Source of the DNA: the human T2T-CHM13v2.0 reference genome, Homo sapiens
NCBI RefSeq assembly: GCF_009914755.1
Contig: NC_060939.1
Length of the DNA stretch: 64,000 nucleotides
Reading direction: 5' to 3' (one strand)
The notes beneath the pieces were generated by a model, which was not told the DNA's origin, did not search any database, and saw only the letters and a list, made by a program, of their open reading frames with translations. Position numbers and translations under genes: made by a program. This document shows, one piece after another, positions 52,001 through 64,000 of the stretch (its first letter is position 1; each line of letters opens with the position of its first letter).

Positions 52001-53920
52001 GAGATTGTGCCACTGCACTCCAGCCTATGTGACAGAGTGAGATCCTTTGGAAAGAAAGGAACGGAATGGCATGGAATGGAAGGGAGTGGAGAGGAGTGGA
52101 GTGGAATGGAATGGAGTGGGATGGAATGGAGTGGGATGGAATGCAATGGAAATGAATGGAATGGAATGGAACAGAATGGAACGGAATGGAATGGAATGGT
52201 GAAAAGAAATGTGTGCTGAGATTGTGCCACTGCGCTGCACCCTGTGTGAGAGGGAGATCCTGTTGAAAGAAAGGAGTGCAATGGAAGGGATTGGAATTGA
52301 ATGGAATGGAATAGGTTGGAGTGGAGTGGACTGGAATTCAGTGGATTGGAGTGGAGTACGTGGAATGGAATGGAATGGAATGGTGAAATGAAAAGTGGGC
52401 TGAGATTGTGTCAATGCACTCCAGCCTGGGTGACAGAGTGAGATCCTGTCAAAAGAAAGGAATGGAATCTAATGGAGTGGAATGGAATGGAGTGGAGTAG
52501 AGTGCATTGGAGAGGAAAGGAGTGGAATGGAATGGAAAGGAGTGGAGTGGAATGGAATGGAGTGGAGTGGAATGGATTGCAGTGGAGTGGAGTGGAGTGG
52601 AGCGGAATGGAACTGAGTGGATTGGAATTGAATGGAATGGTGAAATGAAATGTCAGCTGAGATTGTGCCACTGCTCTCCAGGCTGGGTGATGGAGTGAGA
52701 TACTCTCAAAAGAAAGGAAAGGAAAGGAATGCAGTGGAATGGAATGGAGTGGACTGGAGTGGAGTGGAGGGAAGTGGAGTGGAGTGGAATGGAGAGGAAT
52801 GGAATGGAATGAAGTGGAGTGGAGTGGGGTGGAGCGGAGTCCAGTGGAATGGAGTGGAATGGAATGGGATGGAGTGGAATGGAGTGGTGGGGAGAGCAGT
52901 GGAGTGGAGAGGAGTGGAATGTAATCGGATGTTATAGAATGTAGTGGAGTGGAGTGGAACGGAAAGGAATGGAATACAATGGAATGCAATGGAATTCAAT
53001 AGAATGCAATGGAATAGAATGCAATGAAATGGAAAGTTGACATGTAATGTGAGCAGAGATTGTGCCACTGCACTCCAGCCTGGGTGACACAGTGATATCC
53101 TGTCGAAACGAAGGAATGGAATGCAATGGAGTGAAGTGGAATGGAATGAAAGGGAGTGGAGTGGAGTGGAGTGGAGCAGAGTGGAGTGGAATGCAATGGA
53201 ATGGAATGGCGTGGAGTGGAATGGAATGGAGTGGAATGGAATGGCATGGAATGGAGTGGAGTGGAATGGAATGGAGAGGAATGGAGTAGAGTGGAGTGGA
53301 ATGCAATGGAATGGAACGTAAAGGAAGGGAATGGAATGGAGTGGAGTGGAGTGGAATGTGGTGGAGAGGAGTGGAGGGGAGTAGAATGGAATGGAGTGGA
53401 ATGAAATGGAATGGAGTGGAAAAGAGTGGAATGCAATGCAGTGGAATGAAACGGAGTGGAGTGGACTGGAGTAAAGTGGAATGGAATGCAGTGGAATGGA
53501 ATGGAGTGGAGTGTAGTGGAGTGGAATGGAATGGAATGGTGAAATGAAATGTGAGCTGAGATTGAGCCACTGTACTGCAGGCAGGGTGACAGAGTGAGAT
53601 ACGTTTGAAAGAAAGGAATAGCGTGGAATGCAGTGGAATCGAATGGAATGGAATGGAGTGGACTAGAGTGGAGTGCAGTGAGGTGAAGTAGAGTGGACTG
53701 GAATGGAGAGGAATGGAATGGGATGGGATGGAATGGAATGAAGTGGAGATGAGTGGGGTGGAGTGGATTGCAGTGGAATGGAGCAGAATGGAATGGGATG
53801 GAGTGGAATGGAGTGCAGTGGAGTGCAGTGGAGACGAGAGGAGTGGAATGGAGTGGAATGGAATTGGATATAATGGAATTTAATGTAGTGGAGTGGAGTA
53901 AAGTGGAACGGAGTGTTATG
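46061..53920 (+). repeat. Composite GGAAT/GGAGT satellite (satellite III-related) punctuated by ~26 Alu 3'-end fragments
   Basis: Pentamer tracts separated by tgtgagctgagattgtgccactgcactccagcctgggtgacagagtgagatcctgtcaaaagaaag. Confidence 0.92.
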
Positions 53921-56900
53921 GAATGGAATGGAATGGAATAGAATGGATTCGAATGGAATGGAATGGAATGGAATGGACTCGAATGGAATGGAATCAAATG
54001 AAATGGAATCTAATGAAATGTAATCGAATGGAATGGACTCGAATGGAATGGAATGGAATCAAAAGGAATGGAAATGGAATGGACTCAAATGGAATGGACT
54101 GGAATGGAAGGCAATCGAATGGAATGGAATCGAATGGAATGGAATCAAATGTAATGGACTGGAATGGAATGGATTCAAATGGAATGGACAGTAATGGAAT
54201 GGTCCCGAAAGGAATGGAATGGAATGGAATGGAACGGACTCGAATGAAATGGCCTGGAATGGAATGGACTTGAATGGAATGGACTCGAGTGAAATGGAAT
54301 CAAATGGAATGGAATAGAATTTAATGGAATGGAATGGAATGGATTGGAATGGAAAGGAATTGAATCGAATCAAATGTTAAGGAATCAAATGGAAGGAAAC
54401 GGAATGGAATGGAATGGATTCGAAGGGAATGGAATGGAATGGAATACAATGGAATGGAATGACATGGAATGGAATGGAATGGATTCGAAAGGAATGGAAT
54501 GGAATAGACTCAAAAGGAATGGACTCAAAAGGAATGGACTGGAATGGCATGGAATCAAATGGAATGGAATGGAATTGAATGCAATGGAATGGAATGGAAT
54601 GGACTCGAATGGAATGGAATGGAAAGGAATGGAATGGACTGGAATGAAATGGAATTGAATGGAATGGAATGGACAGGAATGGAATGGACTCAAATGGAAT
54701 GGAATCGAAAGGAATGGAATTGAATGGAATGGAATAGAATGGAATGGAATAGACTCGAAGGTAATGGACTGGAATGGAATGGACTTGAATGGAATGGACT
54801 CGAATGGAATGGAAACGAATGGAATGGAATCTAATTGAATGGAATCGAATGGAATGCAAACGAATGGAATGGAATCAAATGAAAGGGAATCAATTGGAAT
54901 GGACTCGAATGGAATGGACTCGAATGTAATGGACTGGACTGGAATGGTATGGAATGGAATTCAAAGCAATGGAATGAAATGGAATGGATCCGAATGGAAT
55001 GGACTGGAATGGACTGGACTGGAATGGACTGGAATGGAAAGGAATGGAATGGAAGGGAATGCATTGGACTCGAATGTAATGGAATTGCAAAGAATGGAAT
55101 GGAATGGAATGGAATGGAATAGAATCAAACGGAATGGAATAGAATGGAATGGATAGGAATTGAATTGAATGGAATGGCATGGAATGGAATCAAATGGAAT
55201 GGAATGGAATGAATTCGAACGGAATGGAATGGAATGGACTTGAAAGGAATGGACTGGAATGGAATGGAATGGATTCAAATTTAATGGAATGGAATAGAAT
55301 GGAATGGAATGGATTCGAATTTAATGGAATGGAATGGAATGGATTGGAATGGAATTGATTTGAATGGAATGGAATCGAATGGACTGGAATGGAATGGAAT
55401 GGAATCGAGTGGAATGGCATAAAATGCACTAGAATCTAATGGAATGGAATGGATTAAAATGGAATGGAATGGACTCGAATGGAATGGACTAGAATGGAAT
55501 GGACTCGAAAGGAAGAGGAATCGAACGGAATGGAATAGAACAGAATGGAATCGAATCGGATGGCATGCAATCAGATGGCATGCAATTGGATGGAACGGAT
55601 TAGAATGGAATGGAATGCAATCGAAATTGAATGGAATGGACTGGAATGGAAAGGACTCGCATGGAATGGACTCGCATGGAATGGAATGGAATGGAAAGGA
55701 AAGGAAAGGAAAGCAATGGAATAGAATGGTACGGACTTGAATGGAACGGACTCGAATGGAACAGACTTGAATGGAATGGACTCGAATGGGGTGGAATCAA
55801 ATGGGATGGAATCAAATGGAACGGACTGCAATGCAATGGACTTGAAAGGAATCGCCTCGAATGGAATGGAATGGTATGGAATGGAATAGAGTGGATTGTA
55901 CTCGAATGTAATCGACCGGAATGGAATGGAATTCAATGAAATGGACTTGAATGGAATGCAATCGAATGGAATGGAATGGTATGGAATGGAATGGAATGTA
56001 ATTCAATGTACTCGAATGGAATGTAATCGAATGGTATGCATTCGAATGGAATGTAATCCAATGGAATGGAATTGGATGGAATGGACTGTAGTGGAATGGA
56101 CTGGAATGGAATGGACTCAAAGGGAATGGATTGGAATGATATGGACTTGAATGGAATGGACTCGAAAGGAATGGAATCGAATGAAATGGAATTGAATGGA
56201 ATGGAATTGAATGGAAGGGATTTGAACCGAAAGGAATGGAATTGAATGGAATGGAATGGAATGCCATGGAATGGAATCGAATGGAATGGAATCGAATGGA
56301 ATGGAATCGAATGGAATGGAATCGAATGGAATGGAATCGAATGGAGTGTAATAGTACAGTCTCGAATGGAATCTAATCGAATGGAATGGAAAGGAATGGA
56401 ATGGAACCGAATGGAATGGACTGGAATGGAATGGAATCGAATGGAATGGACTCAAAGGGAATGAAATGGAATGGAATGGACACGAATGGAATGGATTCGA
56501 ATATAATGGATGCAAATGGAATGGATTCAATTGGATGGACTCAAATGGAATGCAATCGAATGGAATGGAATCAAACGGGATGGAATCAAATGGAATAGAA
56601 TCGAATGGAATGGAATCGAATGGAATGGACTGGAATGGAATGGACTTGATTGGAATGGACTCGAATGGAATGGACTCGAAAGGAAATGAATCGAATGGAA
56701 TGGAATAGAATGGAATGGAATCTATTCTAATGGAATGGAATTGAATGGAATACAATCGAATGGAATACAATGGAATGGAATGGAATGGAATAGACTGGAA
56801 CGGACTTGAATGGAATGGAATCTTCTTGAATGGAATGGATTGGAAGCGACTGGAATGGACTTGAATGGAATGGAATCTTCTGGAATGGAATGAAATGGAT

Positions 56901-57442
56901 TTGATTGGAGTGGACTGGAATGGAGTGGACTAGAATGGAATGAACCCAAAAAGAAAGGAATCGAATGGAATGGAATAGAATTGAATGCAATGGAATGGAA
57001 TGGAATACAATCAAATGGAATGGAATCGAGTGGAATGGAATCGAGTGGAATGGAATCGAGTGGAATGGAATGGAATGGAATCGAATACAGTAGACTGGAA
57101 TGGAATGGACTCGAATGGATTGGACTGGAATGGAATGAACTCGAATGGAATGCAATCGAATGGAATGCAATCGAATGGAATGCAATCGAATGGAATGCAA
57201 TCGAATGGAATGCAATCGAATGGAATGCAATCGAATGGAATGCAATCGAATGGAATGCAATCGAATGGAATTAAATCGAATGGAATGGATTGGAATGGAA
57301 TGGAATCGAATATAATGGAATGGAACATAATGGAATCAAATGTAATGGACTCGAATGCAATTCAGTGGAATCGAATGGCCTCGAATGGAATGAACTTGAA
57401 CGGAATGGAGTCTAATGTAATGGAATCGAATGCAATGGAATC
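53921..57442 (+). repeat. Satellite III (HSat3), (GGAAT)n with GGACTCGAAT/GGAATCGAAT variants
   Basis: Direct reading; no Alu modules and almost no GGAGT. Confidence 0.95.
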
Positions 57443-57473
57443 ATATATATATATATGTACACACACACACACC

Positions 57474-57937
57474 GAGTACATGCCCAGTAGTGGGATTACT
57501 GGCTCAAATGGTATTTCCGTTTCTAGATCCTTGAGGAATCACCAGACTGCCTTCCGCAATGGTTGAACTAATTCACACTCCCACCAACAGTGTAAAAGCA
57601 TTCCTATTTCTCCACATCTGCTCCAGCATCTGTTGTTTCCTGAGCTTTTAACAATTGCCATTCTAAATGGCATGAGATTGTATCTCATTGTGGTTTTGAT
57701 TTGCATTTCTCTAATGATCAGTGATGATGAGCTTTTTTTCAGATGTTTGCTGGCTGCATAAATGTATTCTTTTGAGAAGTGTCTGTTCATATCCTTTGCC
57801 CACTTTTTGATGAGATTGTTTGTTCTTTTCTTGTAAATTTGTTAAAGTTCCTTGTAGATTCTAGATATTAGGCCTTTGTCAGATGGACAGATTGCAAACA
57901 TTTCCTCCCATTCTGTAGGTTGCCTGTTCACTCTGAT
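57474..57937 (-). mobile_element. L1PA (older, L1PA7/8-like) ORF2 3' segment; non-inverted part, 3' end lost
   Basis: ORF 57539..57790(-) MNRHFSKE...HCWWEC. Confidence 0.92.
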
Positions 57938-58980
57938 CATAGTATTGGAAGTTCTGGCCAGGGTAATCGGCAAGAGAAAGAAATAAATGGTATTCAAATA
58001 GGAAGAAAGGAAGTCGAGTTGTCTCTGTTTGTAGATGACATGATTGTATATTTAGAAAACCAAATCGTCTCAGCCCCAAATCTCCTTCAGCTGATAAGCA
58101 ACTTCCTCATAGTCTCAGGATACAAAGTCAATGTGCAAAATTCACAAGCCTTCCTATACACCAGTAATAGAGCACTAAATCATGAGTGAACTCCCATACA
58201 CAATTGCTACAAAGAGAATAAAATAACAAGGAATACAACTCACAAGGGATTTGAAGGACCTCTTTAAGGAGAACTACAAACCACCACTCAAGGAAATAAG
58301 AGGACACAAACAAATGGAAAAGCATTCCATGCTTATGGATAGGAAGAATCAATATCTTGAAAATGGCCATACTGCCCAAAGTAATTTGTAGGTTCAATGC
58401 TATACCCATCAAGCTATCATTGACTTTCTTCACATAATTAGAAAAAACTACTTTAAATTTCATATGGAACCAAAAAAAGAGCCCACATAGCCAAGACAAT
58501 CCTAAGCAAAAAGAACAAAGCTAGAGGCATCATGCTACCTGACTTCAAACTATACTACTAGGCCACAGTAATGAAAACAGTATGGTACTGGTACCAAAAG
58601 AGATATATAGACCAATGCAACAGAACAGAGGCCTCATAAATAATGCCATACATCTACACCATCTGATCTTTGACAAACCTGACAAAAGCAATGGGGAAAG
58701 GATTCCCTATTTAATAAATGGTGTTGGGAAAACTGGCTAGCCTTATGCAGGAAACTGAAACTGGACCCCTTCCTTACATTTTATACAAAAATTAACTCAA
58801 GATGCACTAAAGACTTAAAAGTCAGTTCTAAATGTGTAAAAACCCTGGATGAAAACCTAGGCAGTGCCATTCAGGACATAGGCATGGGCAAATACTTCAT
58901 GACTAAAACACCAAAAGCAATGGCAACAAAAGCCAAAATTGACAAATGGGATCTAATTAAACTAAAGAACTTGTGTGCAG
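57938..58980 (+). mobile_element. Inverted 5' segment of the same L1 (ORF2 RT region)
   Basis: catagtattggaagttctggcc...[14 protein letters not shown]...ctaattaaactaaagaac. Confidence 0.92.
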
Positions 58981-61900
58981 TTTTATTTGGGAGTGTGCGT
59001 GGGGTACCTCTGAGTTTTAAAAATGAAGAAAGTAAGTAGTCGTGCTTTTCTGACTCTTTGGTAGACATAGCCTTTTAAGACAGTCATTCTGAGCTGTTAT
59101 GGTCTTAGGGTTTTCTGTACTACTAAAACTTATTGACGACATCTAACCAACGTGAATTAAATTTTTTTTTAAAAAAGAAAATCACCCAAATACACATTAA
59201 AAACCTCTTACAACATATGTGCACATTCATAGATACCCTGTAGAACTTGATTTTGTGTATTAAAACCTTGTAGAAAAGTTCAGACAGTGCACACAATGAC
59301 TGCAACTTGGTCTTTGCAAAATCAGTGATATATATTTCAGATCTATCCACACTGACCCAGCGAGGTGTTTGATTTATTGTATGATCTAATGATATGTCAT
59401 GTGATGACTGCAGCATATTTAATTATGCTTTTTTCATGCTGATACCATATGGTCATAAATATGATGACATACCAGCATAGATATGCTTATGTGGTTGCTT
59501 TTATTGATTTATACTATATTAGAAATGAAACAGAAGTATTAGAAATCCTAGCAAGCATAGCTGTATCTCTCCCATGGCTGTGTTGATTGCAACTGTTTCC
59601 CCCTTAAAGTATGTCTTTTTGACATGTCATGACCCTGAGAAAATCCAGTGTATGCTTTTCAGAGAATGACAGTAAGGAGAGGAAATGGCTGATGGTCAAA
59701 GTGTTACTTGTTCTCTTGGCTCCCCCTCATGAATGTTAAACTCTAAACTACTCAGGTCACAATTTAGAACCCCTTTGTTGATCCCCACAGAGTGTTCCCG
59801 GATGTCAAATGACAAATAGGCCCTTGAAGAAAAAACACCCTGTAAAGCCATATTGCTCTGGTTTTTGTGTGTGAATGTGTGTGTGTGTGTGTATCTGTGC
59901 GTATTTTTTTCTCTTCTGAAAACTGTTAATAGAATAATTTTCATTACAAACGAAAATATTTCTGTTCCACATTTATTTCCTGTCTCATAGCACTCTGCTC
60001 TTCTTGGATCTAGTAAGGATCTCAGCATTACTTATTTATACATGCAAAAAATTACATCATTCTTCATTTTTCATGTCAATTACTGACATGTTTTCAAGTC
60101 TTCACAAGTTATTTCTGAAGATGTTGGTTCATTGAGGAGAGGCAGTGTCATTGTAGTTAAAGAAGTTTTTAAATAGGTTATGTTCAATAACATTTCAGAG
60201 CCTGTTTCTCTGGAAGGCATAGACATAGTGGTTTTATGCGTAGTTAAACATAAAATAGCTCCACAAAGTCTTTTGTACGTGAAAGTGTTCATATCCTGGA
60301 AGATTCTAATTTACTACTCAGTACTGTCTCCTGGAGAGGAAAATAGGTAAGATAGGCTGCTGAGCCTATGATAATAACTCATGATATGAGGTGAAAGTAT
60401 AGAGCCAAAATGAGAGATGATACTCAAACCGATGTGAGTGAAGAACAGCTGTGAAAGTGTCTATGGGAGAGAGAAGGCCATGGCGCTGCTTTTGTGAAGA
60501 AGGAATTTGTACACGTTAGTCAAGTGTCTGATACATTTAACATTTTAGTAAAGCAAAACCTTATCTTCACATGTGTCAGAATGGGATTGTACAGATGTCA
60601 GAATACAGTAGTGGTGAGAATAATGAAGAAATGAAAGTGGAGGGCAACGAATGAAGTCCACCAATATGGATATTAGATTTATGAATGAAAAAGAGTGTAT
60701 GTCAAACTGGGCAGAACAAAGAAAGCAGCTAGCTAGGTAATTTGGAGTCTTCTGATGAGGAGACTTGTGGGGAGTCACTTAATGGAAAGCAGAAGTTAGA
60801 AGGATGAGGGTGACCCCCAGGGTTTCACTTCTTCTCCCTAGAAGTTTTGCACATCAATGATATGTGCTTCGTTCACGTCAGTTAGCATATTGGGATGCAG
60901 CTTAATCTAGAAAAAGTTTTTTCTTTAGGAAAGCTGTGCTTGCTGAAGTAGTTATTTCATACCTGAGAGACCCCTATGGTATATTATTTCAAACTAGCTT
61001 TAGAAACAAAGTAGTAAAAGAATGTATATCTTGAGTACTAAAAAAAAACTACCAATATTCTTGGCAATCATGACATATCTATATATAGATATATATCTAT
61101 ATATAGATATAGTACATATGTATATGTATATATTTGGTTGGTTATTAATAAGAAAAGAAGTCTTGTGATTTAGAGATTTTGTTTACCTTATTTACATGGG
61201 AATCTGATTATGCATGATTTCTTTGACATGTATGTTTTTGCAAAAGTGGAAAAAGATGGCAAAAGAGTTGAACTGCTAAATACGGGAAATGTAGGAATAT
61301 TAGGAGCCTTCATGAGTACAAAGAAAATGATTTTTTAAATTATGACTCTAAGTATAACTGAACTCACTTCAGATGCATTTAGAATATTTGCATAAAAGAT
61401 GATTTGATTTTGGCTGCTCCAGAAACTACTGGAAGAAGGAAAGAGTTACTAGAATTCAGATAAACCACAATGACTCGTTACTTCTCTTTGTTACTATTGG
61501 GAATCAGAGACATAGATTTTGTTGATATTAGTCATTCAAATGAAATAAGCATGAATGTGCATACATTGGCTTTGTTTTCCAAGGAGCTAACTTTTGGATA
61601 CAATAGCAATTTAATGAAAATTCCTTAGAGAATAACATGATACTTCAAACCAGACTATTTTAGAAACAAGAATAATGTTGAATTAATTAATTGATTCATA
61701 AAATGGTTATCTTCAATGAATATTGGAGTCATTCCCAAATGTGAAAGCTTATTAATATCTAATGCTTGTAGCAGTTTTATTTTGTAGAAATATGTCAATA
61801 TTGATAAGTGATGATACTTTTTATTGAGGTTTACATATTATACCTTATTGCCGTGAGTGGATGAAAAAACTTTCAGAAGGCTGAACTAGAGAACACAAGA

Positions 61901-62511
61901 AACTTGGGCAATAATTACACCACGTGAGTCTGAGAAATAATGAATACTGTCTACTAGGATTCACCAAACATATATCCAAGCTGATCAATTTAGGACAGTT
62001 CCACTGAGGAGATGTGAAGTGTACATTCAGCTGAAGAGTCATCGTAATTGTGTACCTTCTCAGTTATTGGGCAAGTTAAAGAGCATGATGAATGGTTGTA
62101 GTATAATAGTGTATTTACTTCTCATCTCTTGCACTAAAGACATGTGAGAGCACGTACCACCTGCTTTGACATTGATTCCCAGGTGCATGAGTTGCTCCTC
62201 TGTTTTTAGACCACATTTGTTTTTATCCCTCCGCATATCCACATTGATACTGACACTGTTTCATTTTAGTTTTAGACATATGACAAATCATATCGCGTTT
62301 GAAATTGTAAGTGTATATTTCATGAAGCCTGTATTGGTGTTTTCTTCAGTGTGTTTCTGTCATATTCCAGTCCCAAGACACAAAGTATAAAACATAAAAA
62401 CCTAAACTAATAGGGGCAGGAGGATACAGCTTGATGGTAACAGTGCATTAATGTATGGATAATTTTATCATATTTACATATGACTGATTATGTATCCCTT
62501 TTGCTTTTCAG

Positions 62512-62540
62512 TGTCTTCTCAGAAACAAGCAGCCTTGAAG
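62512..62540 (+). pseudogene. ANKRD36: ANKRD36-type 29-bp exon, (V)SSQKQAALK
   Basis: ttgcttttcag|TGTCTTCTCAGAAACAAGCAGCCTTGAAG|gtaatt. Confidence 0.88.
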
Positions 62541-62634
62541 GTAATTACACATTCATTTCTGTTTTGAACTATTAACTATATAGTCTGTGAAATATACTTT
62601 ATGTATTGATTATTTTGTTTCAAATCCCATTCAG

Positions 62635-62707
62635 GCTACAAGTGACAAGAAAGATTCTGTTTCGAATATAGCCACAGAAATAAAGGATGGACAAAACTCT
62701 GGGACAG
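62635..62707 (+). pseudogene. ANKRD36: ANKRD36-type 73-bp exon, ATSDKKDSVSNIATEIKDGQNSGT
   Basis: cccattcag|GCTACAAGTGAC...TCTGGGACAG|gtaatt; 29+73 = 102 nt = 34 codons, frame open. Confidence 0.88.
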
Positions 62708-64000
62708 GTAATTTTGCAATACACATTTAATGTCATGTTCACTTAGGGTAGAAGAGAACTTCTCTTCCCTGAATAAATCGCAGGGGGCTCATTGAATCTG
62801 CACATTCTGATTCAGCAGGCCTGAGATCCTGCTTTTGTAATAAGTTCTCGGGTGACGCTGATGCTGCTGGTCCTTGGCCATGATCTGAGTAGTAAGATTA
62901 TATTCTTCCCCACAGTGAAATTGGCAAGAACGATTGGAGAGCAGTGCAAGATATAACAGGTTAAGGGACAGCATATTCTTGCTTTAATTCTACAGCATGT
63001 TTCCATCGTAAAGGGAAGGAGAACGAGATTAACTAATAAAAATTATAGGCGTCAGATCATATTGTTAAAACCACATGGAAGAAGTGATTGGAATAACCCA
63101 TAAACAATGTAGAAACAGAACTAAGGAGACGTCTGATGTGGTAATTATTTTACTCAAGGAAGAAGGATTGAGAGGCAAGAAGGAGGGAAAAGAAGATGTT
63201 ATTTATGTAATTTTGGGGTTTCTGCTGCAGAAACCTGATGGGACTCACTTCAGATGCATTTGGAATATTTGCATAAAAGAAGATTAAATTTTGGCTGCTC
63301 CAGGAACTACTGGAAGCAGGATAGAGTGCTAGAATTGTGATGACCCACAGTGACTCATTACCCCTCTTTGTTACTATTGGGCATCAGAGATATATGTTTT
63401 GTTGGTATTAGCTATTCAAATAGGATAATCATGAATATGCATACATTGGCTTTGTTTTTCAAGGAACTAACTTTTGGATAAAATAGCAATTTAATGAAAA
63501 TACTTTAGAGAATAACACGATCCTTCAAACCAGACTATTTTAGAAACAAAATAATGTTGAATTCATTAATTGACTCCTAAAGTGGTTATTTTCAATGAAT
63601 ATCAGAGCAATTTCCAAATGGAAAAGCTTATTCATATCTAATGTTTTTAGTAACTTTATTTTGTATCAGTATGCCAAATTTGATGTTTTATTATACTTTT
63701 TGATGAGGTTTATATATTATACCTTCTTGCCATGAGTGGATGAAGAAACTTTCTGAAGGCTAAACTAGAGGATACGAGAAATGCAGGCACATTATGACAC
63801 CACAGGGGTGTGAGAAATAAGGAATATTATATGCTGGGATTCACCAAACATATATTTAAGCTGATCAATTAGGGACACTTCCACAGAACACTTGAGAAGT
63901 GTACATTCAGCTAAAGTGCCATTGTCATTGTGTACCTGCTCAATTGTCAGTCAAGTTTAAGAGCGTGATAAATATTTGTAGTATAATGGTATAAATCCCT

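Larger units (their letters stand above)
58981..64000 (+). pseudogene. ANKRD36: ANKRD36-family unprocessed gene segment (intron plus start of the tandem exon-pair repeat region); runs off the window
   Basis: The exon pair encodes the 34-aa ANKRD36 repeat; 1881-bp genomic periodicity. Confidence 0.8.
61362..64000 (+). repeat. ~1.88-kb tandem genomic unit (one full copy plus start of the second)
   Basis: actcacttcagatgcattt at 61362 and 63243; homology continues to the window end. Confidence 0.9.

Noticed and set aside
46061-53620. CRISPR-like repeat-spacer array
   Set aside because: Repeats are Alu-derived, spacers are variable-length satellite, there are no cas genes, and the context is primate DNA.
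30654-57442. D4Z4/DUX4, rDNA or alpha satellite, which often neighbour beta satellite
   Set aside because: No GC-rich D4Z4 or rDNA sequence and no 171-bp monomers were seen in the window.
46001-57566. Long ORFs (up to 637 aa; HSIP/HSTP and MEWNG repeats)
   Set aside because: Translation artefacts of stop-poor pentamer satellite, open in many overlapping frames.
58981-59040. Exon ending at the donor-like gaaa|gtaagt (59031)
   Set aside because: No convincing acceptor and no recognisable ANKRD36 peptide.

Overview
Primate (human or great-ape-like) heterochromatin-border DNA, typical of pericentromeric or acrocentric short-arm segmental duplications. The chromosome cannot be assigned from sequence alone. 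No intact protein-coding gene is present. (1) 1-24.7 kb: Alu-dense segment with nested L1M, MaLR and ERV1 elements. It also carries a ~1.25-kb inverted duplication, a fold-back inverted repeat, and exon-like remnants of an unidentified decayed gene in rearranged copies. (2) 24.7-30.6 kb: old L1M, the 3' part of a CTBP2 processed pseudogene (- strand), and an L1PA inserted into it. (3) 30.65-46.06 kb: about 226 monomers of 68-bp beta satellite with a scrambled multi-kb higher-order structure. (4) 46.06-53.9 kb: composite GGAAT/GGAGT satellite punctuated about 26 times by the same Alu 3'-end fragment in a recurring ~5-module cycle. (5) 53.9-57.44 kb: canonical satellite III (HSat3). (6) 57.47-64 kb: a 5'-inverted (twin-primed) L1, then an ANKRD36-family segment with an intact 29+73-bp exon pair and a 1.88-kb genomic repeat unit, apparently cut off from its ankyrin exons by the satellite. 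I cannot support a novel functional system. The best leads are the Alu-seeded composite satellite and the unidentified phase-compatible exon set.
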